Origin: Squalus acanthias | Taxonomy: Eukaryota | Assembly: GCA_030390025.1 (NCBI GenBank) | Contig: CM059431.1 | Location: 116,314,001-116,378,000, forward strand | DNA length: 64,000 nt | Reading direction: 5' to 3' | Part shown: piece after piece, positions 1 through 13,121 of the stretch | How positions within the stretch are numbered: the stretch's first letter is position 1 | Layout of the letters: every line of letters starts with the position of its first letter | Notes under the pieces: model-generated | Seen by the model: only the letters and a program-made list of their open reading frames with translations | Database searches by the model: none | What the model was told of the DNA's origin: nothing | Position numbers and translations under genes: made by a program

Positions 1-403
1 GAGGTGATCTTATTGAAACATATAAGATACTGAGGGGGCACAACAAGGTAAATGCAGAGAGGATGTTTCCCCTCGTGGGGAAATCTAGAACGCGGGGGGC
101 ACAATTTTAGAATAAAGGGTCGCCCTTTTAGAACTGAGATGAGGAGGAATTTCTTCTCTCAGAGGGTCGTAAATCTGTGGAATTCTCTGCCCCAGAGAGC
201 TGTGGAGGCTGGGTCATTCAATACATTTAAGGTGGAGATAGACAAACTTTTGCAAGATAAGGGAGTGAAGGGTTATGGGGAGCGGGCGGGGAAGTGGCTT
301 TGAGCCCAAGATCAGCCATGATCTTATTGAATGGCGGAGCAGGCTCGAGGGGCCAAGTGGCCTATTCCTGCTCCTGTTTCTTATGTTCTTATGTTCTTAT
401 GTT
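1..403 (+). mobile_element. CR1-type LINE, 3' fragment
   Basis: ORF 52..303 carries the CR1 ORF2 C-terminal motifs (RRNFFSQRVVNLWNSLP). It is followed by the 3' UTR and a (TTCTTATG)n tail ending ~403. Confidence 0.92.
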
Positions 404-2230
404 AAGTAGACTAGGTAGTGATGACCATCTCAAATACTCCTCCCATTGGAAGGTTACTTAGAAGAAGCACTTGGTAAAGTTTGCATCTCATACACTGTCA
501 CTGGGGTCAACCTCTCTCGACACTTAACTTTTTTAGGGGAATGAATTTGGTCACCTTTTATTTCAACTATGTTCAGCAAGGTGTTTTCTGAGGGTGTAGA
601 ATAAATTATCAATGGATCAAAAAATGGACGTAGATGATAGTTGAGTTAGTGCAGGGACACAGGGTAGAAATTCTGTTCCCTTGTGGGTTGAGTTCTGGTC
701 CAGAGTCAACAGAGTCGTTAAATTTGTGGCAGTACCTGGATTGCTGAGTATGCACCTCTTGACAGTAGGCACAGTAAATTCGACTTGCAGTGGATTGGGG
801 CAGGTACTTTTATCTGATTGCCTCCAATGCATCAACAGCAGTTTCAGGTGTGTCTGGATGCATGGCTGGCTATCCTGGGAATCCTGCGAAACATGCCTCA
901 AAAGGGTCAGCTGTAGGTATCTGTGCCATCCGGAGCTTTAAGTGGACGCAGTGGGAATGTCTAAAGGTAATTGATCCCAGAGCGATTGATTGCAGTTAAA
1001 CTGGGGGCCTGCCAAGGTGGAAGCAGAGCGTACATCAAAAATCTTGCCTTGAATCTTGGGCCCAACTGTTCAGACTGGGTGGGTGTCACTGCTGGAGCAG
1101 ACACCTACCCCCGATATGTTAATGACACCATACAACTCAAGCAATTAGGTGAAGGCCTCATCTATTAGACCCTAGTACATGACTGTCACCCTGTTTACAA
1201 AGGTGTTTCAGCAGGGATGTCTTCTCTATCTCTGTTGGGGCTGTAAATGCTCCCAATCTGTACAGACATCTGAAGGGCTACTTCAAGGTGCCTGTATTAT
1301 ATGCAGTTGCTGTTGAGGTTGTCTACAGGTTCGTTCCGCCTAACAGTACAAAGCCCTGCGAAGGCAGTATTCTTCAAACTTTGTCAGGTAGCTGTGCCTT
1401 GGTTTGTAGACATGACTATGTAAGTAATGGTGGATGAGGGCATTTCATCACTGGGGTACAAGCAAACCTGCCTGGCATCCATCCTTTTATCTATTGCGTT
1501 CTCCTCCTAAAACACAGGGAAAGGGAGGAATATCCAAAAGAATTCCTCGATCCAGATTTTTAATTATAGCAATCAAAATCTTACGACCAAAATATAATAA
1601 AATAACTAAACAGCAAAAAAAGCAGGACAATCACTGATCCACTTGTCAAAGGTCCAAAGTTAAAAGGCCATTAATTAAAATGCTCCTGTGAAAAATTCAA
1701 TCGCTGAAAGCCTGCAACGTGACTGACCTTCATTATCCATTCTACATGGGTGGGCTAATGCATCGGGCATTCCATGCAAAAAGATCAGGAAATTGTAGTA
1801 GCGCTCATTGCCTATGCATACCGTTACATGAACCCCATTACTATTAATATTAATATAGTTAATTAAGCTCTCACACATTCTGCAATAATGTGTTCCTAGC
1901 AGGGACCCACTGTCATGAGGAGTACAGGTCAGAGAAAAGATTATAAGACTGTAGCCCCAATTCCCAGATCCATGATCACTGCTTGCGCAGCTCCCCACTG
2001 CGAGCAAGGGATTGTGGAATTATCCCTATTATGTGTGACAGCACTTTAGACTGTCTTAAAAGGTTGGTCAGAAGATCACACACTGTGCAAATTGGACGGG
2101 GATTCTGGAAAATGGATTCCCTGCTCAATTTCTTGGCTCACAAATTCCATACATACGGAACTAAGCCTATGGCTAGAAAATCTGCCCATATATTAGTTTT
2201 ATTAATTGGTTTGGCAAACAATGCTTTTGT

Positions 2231-2920
2231 AGCTTTAGATTTATTAAACAAATACTGTGGGTCCTCTTTGATGAGATAAGAAAGGATTTAACGTGTCATG
2301 CTCACAGAAATGACTTCTCGTTTATACTGGAGAAGATGACGGCACTGCTTACCTTCTATGCCACTGGCATCTTTCAGATCCCAGCTGGAGAAACCGTAAG
2401 GATCAGTCAGTTAGAAAAAACATTTCTCAAGACACTTTCGTTTTGCTCTTGAGGATGCCTTCTTTTATCAATTTTCCAAAGCCACTGCCGCAGCAAAGCT
2501 CACCGAGGCATTCTCAGTAGCATTCTTGGTGACAGCTGTATTCCCCATTGTCTTTGGCGCTTTCAGTTGTACCCACATGTTATCCAAGCATCCACAGAGA
2601 TTGCATAGACTAGCTCAGCAGGAAATGTCTACAGTTTGATACTGAGTATTTTGCCTCGGTGCCAGTAATATTTTAAATCTGTTTATTGCCTGTTTTGTTC
2701 TTCTTAGTCTATACTGGCTGAGTTGGTGGGTAAAGGACAATGATCTGAGGAGTCACCATGAAGCAAATATCAAAGGATCACTGTCATTCTTCCTGCTCCC
2801 ATAGATGACAATGGCTACTTCTGGTGTGTAGGATCTTGTACTTTTGACCCTATATGTAGTTAAGAATCTCAGCAAAGAAATGATTGAACAAACTATTGGA
2901 CAAAAGGACATTTACTGATT
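2231..2920 (+). pseudogene. Ancient, highly degraded PIF/Harbinger (HARBI1-like) transposase
   Basis: Manual translation from 2231 gives FRFIKQILWVLFDEIRKDL...EKMTALLTFYATGIFQIPAGETVRISQ. After frameshifts come FINFP, AVFPIVFGAFSCTHM, SHHEANI and EMIEQTIG, collinear with Harbinger motifs (FYATGxFQ..G..ISQ; GFP.V.GAIDCTH; GS.HD; IERTFG). Confidence 0.7.
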
Positions 2921-3569
2921 CTTCTTTAAAGGTTAATTAGATGCAAAAATATGCCCAGTTTATGGTCCTGACTGGCTACCAGCTTTCATTTTAATTTGTC
3001 CACATAATTCAGGTTCTTCTACATCAGAATATGTGTATATCTTATTTTCCATTCCTTGTCAAACTTTGGACAATACTCTCAACTTTGCCTTTTGATTAAT
3101 CGTATCATGCAATGCCACTTTATTTTCCTAAAACTTTGACCCAATAAACTGCAATTGAAAGTCATTAAAATGAGTCTGGCTTTGTTTTGACTTTTCACTT
3201 GTTTTGCTGCAGTTGTTGCTGTTAGATGTCTTGGGCTGGATCATTTCCAGTGATCCAAAGGTGACTTCACCCTTCAACTGTGTTGAATGTCTCTATATCA
3301 TTCTTTCTCATTTAAATTCAAAAGTAAATAGTTGCACACGATTCACTGATGCACCTGCATATGAGCATAATGTGCACAAAACTAGCAAAGAAAATACAGA
3401 AATGTGCACTTCCAAAATACTTCAGCTCAGAAATCGGCACCTATATCCCATTTCTCCGGGAGCCAAGAAAATAAGTTATCTTTAGCCTACAGTATTGTAT
3501 TAGTAAATGCTTTCTTTTACTCCTCTCCTTACGATTGGGACAAAAACTGGCGTATGGTTCTATAGGATG

Positions 3570-4955
3570 TGTACCCGGGTGGGGTGGGTGCGGGAGGTCA
3601 CCGTGGCGGGTCGCGACCCCGTTCCTCATTTCATTCTGCTCCTGAGATCAACTTTCCCTTAATGGCACCTATTAAGGTAGCCCTGCACGTTATTCGGCCC
3701 TATTAAATGGTGCGGGTCTGATGACGTCATTGATGACGCATTTTCAGCCGGGATATTTAAACGAGCCATGGCCACATTGCATTTGAAGGTTCATGGAGAA
3801 TTGTGCAGGCATTGTATTGGAGCATTGGAGTGTTGGAAAGACTTGGAAACATGACTGCACAGAGGCAGAGGGCTACACCCAGGTTCTCGCATGACTCCCT
3901 CCATATGCTTGTGGAGGGAGTGAGAGCACGCAGGGAGGTCCTCTTCCCATCAGATGGGTGGAAAAGACCTCCCCAGCAGACAAAGGAGCCTTTTTATTTT
4001 TATTCGTTAATGGGATGTGGGCATCGCTGGCAAGGCCAGCATTTATTGCCCATCCCTAATTGCCCTTGAGAAGGTCGTAGTGAGCAGCCTTCTTGAACCA
4101 CTGCAGTCCGTGTGGTGAAGGTACTCCCACAGTGCTGTTATGGAGGGAGTTCCAGGATTTTGACCCAGCGACGATGAAGGATTGGCGATATATTTCCAAG
4201 TCAGGATGGTGTGTGACTTGGAGGGGAACTTGGAGGTGGTGGTGTTCCCATGCGCCTGCTGCCCTTGTCCTTCTAGGTGGAAGAGGTCGCGGGTTTAGGA
4301 GGTGCTGCCGAAGAAGCCTTGGCAAGTTGCTGCAGTGCATCTTGTAGATGGTACACACTGCAGCCATGGTACGAGGGAGTGAATGTTTAAGGTGCTGGAT
4401 GGGGTGCCAATCAAGCGGGCTGCTTTGTCCTGGATGGTGTCTAGCTTCTTGAGTGTTGTTGGTGCTGCACTCATCTAGGCAAGTGGCGAGTATTCCATCA
4501 CACTCCTTACTCATGCCTTGTAGATGGTGGAAAGGCTTTGAGGAGTCAGGCGGTGAGACACCCACCGCAGAATACCTAGCCTCTGACCTGCTCTTGTTGC
4601 CACAGTATTTATGTGGCTGGTCCAGTTAAGTTTCTGGTGACCCCCAGGATGTTGCTGGTGGGGGATTCGGCATTGGTAGTGCCGTTGAATGCCATTGAAG
4701 ATTGCAGAGGAGATGAACCGCAGGGATGTTGTCAGGAGGACCAGGAGGTGCAGTGCTGGAAATGCTTCGATGATCTCATTAGATCAGGAAAGGTGAGCGC
4801 AAAGCCACACTCAACTTCATCCTGCTGCACCTCTCATCACATCCCCATCACTCTGCCTTCCCAAGCCTGCTCCTGTACATCATTACTCACATCAACATAC
4901 GTTGCACGTCCACCTATCCCTCTCTCTCTATCTACATTATCACATCGCATCTGAC
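3570..4955 (+). mobile_element. Harbinger 5' region with Myb/SANT-like exon 1, interrupted by a LINE
   Basis: MTAQRQRATPRFSHDSLHMLVEGVRARREVLFP (3851-3988) resumes after the LINE with IAEE..RRDVVRRT..QCWKCFDDLIRSGK and a GTGAG donor (~4793). It is homologous to 59456-59850 and to the reverse complement of 17300-17520. Confidence 0.8.
3990..4691 (-). mobile_element. CR1/L2-group LINE 3' fragment
   Basis: ORF 4056..4565 (IYKMHCS..PRRTRAA..SFIVAGSKSWNSL) with an A-rich tail at ~3990. Same family as 29123-29507. Confidence 0.85.
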
Positions 4956-4962
4956 TAACATT

Positions 4963-5478
4963 TGTTGAGTTTCTGGGTATGTGCCAATTAACCCTTTCAC
5001 TCCTAAGTTCCGAAAATTCGTCTTGACCCGTATTGGTGACAGCAATTATATTTTATTCAATGAAAGTGAGACTTGATACTTTACAGCATCTGAACAGTAG
5101 TTAAACAAGGTGCAATCAAGGTTTATATTACCCGTTGGGCCCTGGGTTGAAGACGCGATCTCCACAGGTCAACCCACATCGGACCTGACCTCCAGGCTCG
5201 CTCGTCCGCCCGGTGTGACGGGTGTGGGTCCTCCGCCAACCCGAAACCCTCCTCGGCTCGTCTGGTGGATGTTCCCAAGCTTCTTGGCGAATGCCTCTAC
5301 AATCTAAGTGTTTGAGAGACCCCTTCCTATACTTCTTCTTCCCAGCAAAGCCTACGGGGACCAGTTAACTCAATCATTGACTCACACCTGAAACCCACTG
5401 TCCAATTACAGGGATACCACGTTCTTAATGATCCTGCCTGCCCCTGTCAGGTCTTCATCTCATGACACCCTGACAACA
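4963..5478 (-). mobile_element. LTR-like segment (probable 3' LTR of a degraded LTR retroelement)
   Basis: TGTTG...CAACA inverted termini and a minus-strand AATAAA (~5053-5058). A purine-rich AAAAACAGG (PPT-like) lies immediately upstream on the minus strand. No TSD found. Confidence 0.55.
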
Positions 5479-8400
5479 CCTGTTTTTGACCATTAAGACT
5501 CATGTCTGGGGTAGTAGTGGCAACACAAACGGAACATGTGTAGAGATACGGTGCCCTTGCCGTTTGCCTGTTTTTAATTCCCTGCAGATGTCAGAACATT
5601 CCATACAGTGGCAGCCACACATGGCCTTGCTTCCCAGGCTAGCTGTCTGCTGTTTGTGTGCCAGGAAGGCTGCTGACTGTATCTTTAATTTGGCCAAGCA
5701 AGGCCCAGTGCTTTGGTTTCTTCCATCTTAAAATCCAACTGCTTCTACCCAGGGCATATTTCACCAGTTTTAAAAGCATGACTATTCAAGCATCATTGTG
5801 CATTGCGTATCAGTTACGTAATGAAAACAATACAAACTTAAGACATATTTCACAAGAATTATCCACAAGATGGAATAGAGTAAAGTGAGACCTGAAGAAT
5901 CTTTTAAGTCCATGATTTGTTGATTGGATGTTAAACTGTAGTTTTCTTTACAATGTCTGTATTCTTTGTCTCCATCATTGTTGCTTGAAATGTATGTACT
6001 TAGCCAAATTGCTAATAATTCGAAGACTGAATTATAACTGTGACTGAAATAATTGCGTTTTGTAGGTAACAGAGTGTGGGAAAAGCCAGTACGAATCCAG
6101 TATGAGGTGGTTTTGGTGGTGTCTCCTATGTGAAGCAGGCCGACTGTCAGGTACGCTGACTAACGCGAGTAAGGTGACACAGGGGGACTGGGAACCAAGA
6201 GCGCTGGGAGATGGAATGAGTAGGAAGGAGGAGACGCAGACAAAAAATAGTAATTGTAAAGAAAGCATACAGATCTCACTTTACTCGATTCCATCTTGTG
6301 GATAATTCTTACTAAATATGATCTCTCTCTATCCCTCAATTGTCCCAATCCAAATTCTATGTCCCTCTCCACTTCAACTTCAATTTCAATCCCTCTGACA
6401 GGTACCAGTGTGTTTAACTCTATCCTGATTGTTTCAAAGTCGGTTTCTCTTTGGAGTATGTGTCAATGCCGTGGTGATTTAAAAAGTTGTCTCCACTCTC
6501 CTGAGCCACACTAACCATTTCATGTCATGCTGTTGTCAAGTAACTGAGCATGTCTGAGACCCGTTCTTCAGTGCAAATTCATCATGCATTCCCGCATGCT
6601 AGTTACTTCACAAGTAACACATTTACATTTGCACACACACATTGGTATCCCAATATCATGTCACATGTGACATCTGATCCAAGCCATTCTTGGGCTTTCA
6701 GGTGATCTTATTTTGGATTGTCTGGAGATCTTTGGTCATCTCCCACTGCATGGTCCCCGTGTCTAGGGTAGTGGCAAGGCTATCAAATGCAGTTTTTTTT
6801 TTACAAAGTTCATAGGCAAGAACACAAATGTCCCCAAGAGCAAATGATCAATTTACTATTCTTAACTTGTACTTTCCTGACTTTAACTAGAATGTTAGGA
6901 AAATTCCATATGGTGGTATAATTCTCCTGTTTCTATCTTACATCCTCAATCACTTCCTCTCATTCCATTTTATACATCCCATTAATTACCATTCTATCTC
7001 ATTCATGAGCCCTGGAGCAACTTTATTGTCCAATACAATATTAAAGATTGGAAACATAGATTAAACGTTCCCACTTGGTCCCAGTTATTAACACATTTTG
7101 TTTCTTTTAATTCTTTATTTTAGAGGACCTTTTTATTTCCAAAAATAACCAATATATTGTGCCTGAGTCCATTTTATCATTGCAGTATTGTTGGACTGAC
7201 AGGTTTTGTCATTGTTTAATTTTATTTCCCCAAAAACTTTCTTCCCTGATACACAGCAATTGGCAGGACCACCTAGACTGCTTGCCACCAGTTTCTTTTA
7301 ATGCAAATTTGACTATCCCCTTAAACTTCAGGTAAATTTTACCTTTTTGTGTGCTTGAAACAGCAACTCATATCAATTTTATTTGTTATCAATTTATCTT
7401 ATCAATTCCAATTTCAGAAACAGGCTTGGTGGTTTTACATGGTGTTTTAACATTAGAGACAGAAGTGCTCGCAATTAGTTTACAAGGTAACTTCCATATA
7501 ACAAAAGAAAGCAGAGAATCTATTGTGGCTCTGTTTAAGAACCCAAGGGGTCAAATCATAATTTTCCTTCTGTAACCAGGGGAAAATATCCACTTAAAAT
7601 GAAGAAACTTTAATTTAATAATGTCCAACATATACATTTCAGTCAGCATTACAAAAGTTGTTGCTTCGTAAATTAAAAAAACCCAGCTGTCAGCGGAAAG
7701 GTTTAACTCCTTTGCAGGTTTATAAGAATGCAGAGCAAAATATTGTCAGACGCACGCAATTGTGTCACTTCATGTAAATTTCTTTTAAAAAAAGTTTGCA
7801 CTCGAAAATGACAATAAATTGGCACTTTTTTTTAAGTCTTTGTACTTTCAAAACTTCCTTAGGCATTAAAAATCCGTTAAAACTTCAGAAATCATCAGTA
7901 GAGCTATCATTATGAACTTTGAATAAAACATAGGCTAGTTAACTTCAATAATTCCAATTTAATTCAGACCAATATTTTATTAACTAAACACAATACAGAA
8001 CAGATAAAATAAAACAAAATAGCACATGCTTACAGCGTAAATTATGTCATCGTTACCTTCAGGCACTTTTTCAAATGACTAAAAGCACTGAATATAATTG
8101 GAGAAAAATTAGTTTTTCACATTTAAACAAATCAAATCAAAGTGCTTTGGAAATTCCAAACTAAGTATCAGGCACCATGGCAACTATAACTTCAAGGCTG
8201 AAGCTTATCTTTTGTAAAACAAACTCTTGCCTGGCTTTCAGAGTTGCACAAGCTTCCCCAGTCAAAATATATCCACAGCAGCGTCTTTAACTTAAAATGT
8301 AAACCACAAAGTTTTCCCCACTTCTAGGTGCACAATCTTAAATTGAAATTGACATAATCAATGAACCACACTTTCACGCACCTTAGAAATACTGATTCCT

Positions 8401-8617
8401 GTAATGGATTCCGAACTCAAAATGTCAAATTTTTATCAGTTCAAAATCCAAAAACATGGCTCAGTTATCTCACATTAATACACATGTATATACATACATA
8501 AATCAATTAACAAACAGCACACGCTTGTAGGAAGGACACCAATAAAAACATGCTAAAATCTCCCAACATCCAAGACAAGACTACAAAGGGTTAAATGGTT
8601 TTTAGCTCTATGCACAG

Positions 8618-9595
8618 AAAAGTGGGTGCAGCAAGAGCACCCTCACGCTGTCCAGGCGGAGGAGGAAGACGACTCCTGAGAGGAGCCTCCAGCCTCAGAG
8701 GGTGCACCTTCACCAGACCTAAGTGCACCCAGCACCAGCGCAGATACGCACACCTCGGCGGGTCCTACGGGAGATAGAGTAGTGTTGTCACCTGGTGTGT
8801 CACAAGTCACAAGTGAGCAAGAGGAGATGGTGGAGACAGGGACAACAGTGGAGACTCCTTGCCAGAGGGTGCAGGACACTCCCAGCTCTGCTCAACTGCA
8901 TGCAGATGCTGAGCCTCGGGGGCCATCCTAAAGAGGGAGTTCCTGGAAGTGCAGGAAGAAGTGCAGGAGGCTCTGACAGGTTTTGCGACCACAACGTCTG
9001 CAAATGTGCAGAGAATGGAGGAGTCCATCTCCAACATGAGCACCAATGTGTCGCAGGTGATGGCGACTGTAGGCTCTTCCATGGAAAGGATGGCCACCTG
9101 CATGGAGCAGCTAATGCGCCACTCACAGGAGCACATGGTATGTATGGAGAATAGATGACTATCTATGGAGAATAGATGGCTATCTATGCAGAATAGATGG
9201 CAGATGCTCATAGACCTCCTCTCTAGGAGGGATATCAATGTAGACTTGAGTCCTCATGGCCCCACTGCTGTGCAGCAAGGTGCTCTCCACCTCCTTGCTA
9301 GCAGGGAAGTGCGGGTGGCCCATAAGAGGGATGACGGTGACAGGGGACATGGAAGTGGGGGCTCCTCTCAAAGCGCTCACACTTCTCCTCCGTTGCCTCC
9401 CCTCAGTCAGAGCCCCACATGCCTCCTGGGATTGCAATGTCGAGACAATCACAGGCTCCAAAACCCAGAGGACATACGCCAAAAGTGTCTATGCAGTGGC
9501 AGCAGGGAAGTGAGCAGGCTGCCTCTACCTCTGTTGAAGCCACAGGGGTAGCACCTCATAGAAGCACACGTAAGAGAAAGATGAAATACAAGTAG
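8618..9595 (+). pseudogene. 3' exon of the Harbinger Myb/SANT partner gene (degraded)
   Basis: Ser/Thr-rich segment, heptad region (MEESISNMS...MERMATCMEQLM) and a basic end RSTRKRKMKYK*. Convergent with the transposase, as in element H1. Confidence 0.65.
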
Positions 9596-9893
9596 ATGCA
9601 CAAGGGTAAGCACTTGGATGTTTCAATAAGTGTTTGTGTTAAGTTTCTGTTACTCTGATGTCACAGATAAAAATTAATATTTTCACCACTTTCCGGTCAT
9701 GGCCAATTCTGTCTGCAACTTTGGAAATGGCTTAGTGAGCTGGAGTGAATGGTGAGACGTAATGTCACTTCCAGCAATAGTGGTCAGTGTGAAAGGAAAG
9801 GCCTGGTCATTGTAGGGATGCTTTATGGTGTTGCTGTGGAGTGGTGGGAACCTGGCGCAGCATGTGGCAGCCATATGGGTGTACTGCCTGAAA

Positions 9894-11144
9894 TTAAGTA
9901 AGTCTGGCCATGATGAGGCCATCCCAGTGCCTCCCGGGCAGCAATGTGCTCGGGTGCTGGTGGGATCTGGACCTCAGGTTCCTCCTGCTCCTCCTCCTCA
10001 TCTTCCAGCTGATGCTCCTCCTCCTCCTCCTTCTCCTCCTTCTCCTCTAAAGAGGCTGCGCACTCAGTGCCTTGCTCCTCATGTGGCGCTAATCCTCGCT
10101 GCTGCGCTATGTTGTGCAGGACGCAGAGACCACGCCGCTTCTGAGACCCTGGCTGCTGCGGACTGAAAGGCTCCTCTGGGTCTGTCAAGGCATCTGAAGC
10201 GCATTTTCAGCATGCCTATTGTCTACTCTATGGCACATCTGGTGGGAATGTGGCTTTCATTATATCTCTCCTGGGTCTCAGTACTTGGCCTCCTCAATGG
10301 TATCATGAGCCACGTCTTCAGTGGATAGCCCTCATCTTCAAGCAGCCATCCGGAAAGTCTGTTCGGAGGAGCGAAGAGCTGAGGGAGGGTGGACTGGCGC
10401 AGGATGAAAGAGTCATGGCAGCTGCCAGGGAATTTGGCGCGCACATGCATGATGATCTTCCTATGATTGGAGACGAGCTGCACACTGAGGGAATGGTAGC
10501 CCTTGCGGTTGACAAAGACTCCTGGGTGATGATGGGGTGCCCTGATGGCCACATGTATGCTGTCGATGAAGCCCTGCACCCGTGGGAAGCCAGCCAGAGC
10601 AGCAAACGGGCGCCCGCTCAGTCACACTGGATTCATCAGTGGCAAAGTTGATATAATTGGCTGACTTGGCAAACAGGGCATCGGTGACCTGTGTGCTGCA
10701 TCTGTGGGCGGCCGACTGCGAGATGCTGCAAATGTCTGCTGCAGATCCCTGGAAGGAGGCTGAGGTGAAGAAGTTGAGAGCGGAGGTGACTTTGACAGCC
10801 ACTGGTAAGGAGTGTCCACCCGCTCCTCTGGGCTGCAGGTCTTGCTCCAGCAATCTGCAAATATCTGCGACAACCTGGCACGATAGCCTGAGCCTCCTTT
10901 GGCACTGCTGCTCAGTCATGTTGAGGAAGCTCATCCTCTGCCTATATACCCTGTGTTGGGGGTATCGCCTCTGGCGCAGTACAGCTCTGTGCTGATCCCC
11001 TCTGTCCTGTGCAGCATCAGGTCATTGAGGAGAAGGTCGGTGGTGTTGTTGTTGGTGCTGCTTGTGTGCCTGGTGCTGCTGGTGTTGAGGCTCATCGTGG
11101 TTCGATTCTAAGGACCAAGGTGAGACAGTATAAATGGCACCCAT
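9894..11144 (-). pseudogene. Harbinger DDE transposase, frameshifted with stops
   Basis: ORF pieces [65 protein letters not shown], and VLHNIA with an acidic tail. ATG at 11144, TAA at 9894-9896. Confidence 0.9.
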
Positions 11145-12818
11145 GCTGATGGAATAGAAGACAGGTCAAGTCAAGTTTAAAGAAGCACTCTGTCAATGGT
11201 ATGATAGGTTTTACCAATGAGGTGACAGTGGATCCCGACTTTGCTGAAAACACTTGCAACCTCTAGAAAGCTAAATCTGTGCTGACAATGCACTCAGCAA
11301 CAGCATCTGCCTTAGCAAGCTAACCAGGTGTCAGGTAGGAGTATTTATTGTGCTTTCCATGCTGTGCCCTATTGAACTGGATCAGTGGCCACTGAACTTC
11401 TGCCTCAGGTTCACAGACGTGATTCCCGAGCTGCATGATTCCCGTGGTCACCCAGTGAAATTGGAAAGATAGGGTTAAAAAGAGGCTTAAGGGTCTGACA
11501 AGTACCTCATAATCATCTAAATTAGCTTGGCCGCCTCTGCCGTTCGGGTCGCTGCCGCGCTGCCAAACACGCCCGAGGGAAAGGCGCTTGGAGGTGGGAG
11601 GACAGTGGGTTCCCGACCCACTCCAAGTTTCTTCAACTTTCACTCTCGACCCACCCCCAAACCCGCCCGCATAGACGCCAGAAAATTCCAGCCATAGGCT
11701 TTGAAAATTCAAAGCCCTAAATACAATATAAGTATGACACAGAAAGCACATTTAACAGATGCAGAGGGAGAGTGACAGGCCACAAGTAAGTTTGTAGAGC
11801 CTGAAGGAAGATACTGCAGTGGGGATAGCCACCTACTTCTTACTATTCCATCATATAGTGCATTGGTAGGGGAACACTCCCAAAATGTGCCATTTCAAAA
11901 AATTAAGTGCAATTCCCTTTGATCCCAAAATTCCTGTAGGTCCATTCTGCTGGCATAAGTGCAGTGAATTGGCAACCCCACCTAGCTCCAAGTTGGAGAT
12001 CCCATCTAGATCCTGAGAACAGTGTCATTGGTATGCCCAGGGCGAGTGCATCAGCGGTGCCGACTGCAAACTACCAGCCAGAATGTCAGAGTGGCGTTGC
12101 TCCAATAGCAGGAACAAGGCCCTGTGAGGCCCTGAAGAAAATCCTGCTCCCAATAGAAAAAAGCAGACCCGGGGAAGGATCCTGACCCTCTCTGGGATCA
12201 GTTGCCCTCTCCAGGCTTTCAGGTGGACTCATGCCGGCACTCAGCTGATGTGGGTTCCTTTGAGGCCTATGGAGGGTGTAAAGGGCAGAATTCCTGGGGT
12301 AGCCCAGGAACTCCCTCAGGCATGCCCCCTTGCTTTGGGGAGGGAGTGGAGGAAGATTCACCCATGGCCCACCAACCAAAATTTAAAGGGCCAGTGTAAT
12401 TGGGGTGGAATCCCTTGTAACTGGGATTGACTCCAAATTCCTTGCTCCCCTGGACGGAAATGGGGCTTTCCATCCTCTCCAGCCCTAGAAATTTAGGGGC
12501 CTTTCTCTTTCAAATAAATCTTCTATTAACTTGTTTCGTTGTCCTTGTGAAAATGTTTATAAGTGAATTAATGCTATTTAGGGTAAAGCAGCAACATAGA
12601 GGCACATCTTGAGCCCCTTGGTTTAAACATTGCTGCCCTCTTCCCAATGGTGTATCACATGTCATCACTGTCACTTTCATGTTCAACAGCCCCTATGAGG
12701 GGACAAAAGCAAAAACAAATTTGATTATGTATTTTTAAATATTGCTGTCAAAGACACTTAAATGCAAATATGATACAGCGCAAACTTCTTTAGATGAAAC
12801 TCCTCAGCCTAAATATAT

Positions 12819-13121
12819 CACAGAATCACCACAGTGCAGATAGAGGCCATTTCAGCCCATCAAGCCTGCACCAACACATATCCCACCCTATCCCCATGCA
12901 TTTAATCCCCCTAACACTAAGGGTCAATTTATCATAGCCAAATCAACCTAACCCGCACATTTTTGGACTGTGGGAGAAAACCGGAGCACCCGGAGAAAAC
13001 CCACGCAGACACGGGGAGAATATGCAAACTCCACACAGATAGTCACCCGAGGCCGGATTCGAAACCCGGGTCCCGTGTGCTGTTAGGCAACAGTGCTAAC
13101 CACTATGCCACCGTGTTGCCC
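12819..13121 (-). mobile_element. tRNA-derived V-SINE (HE1-like)
   Basis: Minus-strand tRNA head with A/B boxes (GGTTTCGAATCC), the V-domain TGTGTGGAGTTTGCA..CCCGTGTCTGCGTGGGTTT and a CR1-like tail. Matches 34413-34772 and 56470-56773. Confidence 0.88.

Larger units (their letters stand above)
8615..11693. mobile_element. Degraded autonomous-type Harbinger transposon (element H2): convergent Myb-partner 3' exon and transposase
   Basis: Minus-strand transposase fragments and a plus-strand coiled-coil/basic-tail exon. The right terminus GAAAATTCCAGCC (TIR-like) is at 11681-11693. Confidence 0.85.

Noticed and set aside
1468..1530. Strong minus-strand splice acceptor (TTCCTCCCTTTCCCTGTGTTTTAG) suggesting a host exon or env-like region at 617-1506
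   Set aside because: All frames close within about 40 codons, the only nearby donor (GTTTGC) is weak, and the peptide is not recognisable.
7150..7185. Minus-strand MDSGT as a retroviral protease active site
   Set aside because: A short motif without supporting flanking protease or RT motifs; could be chance.
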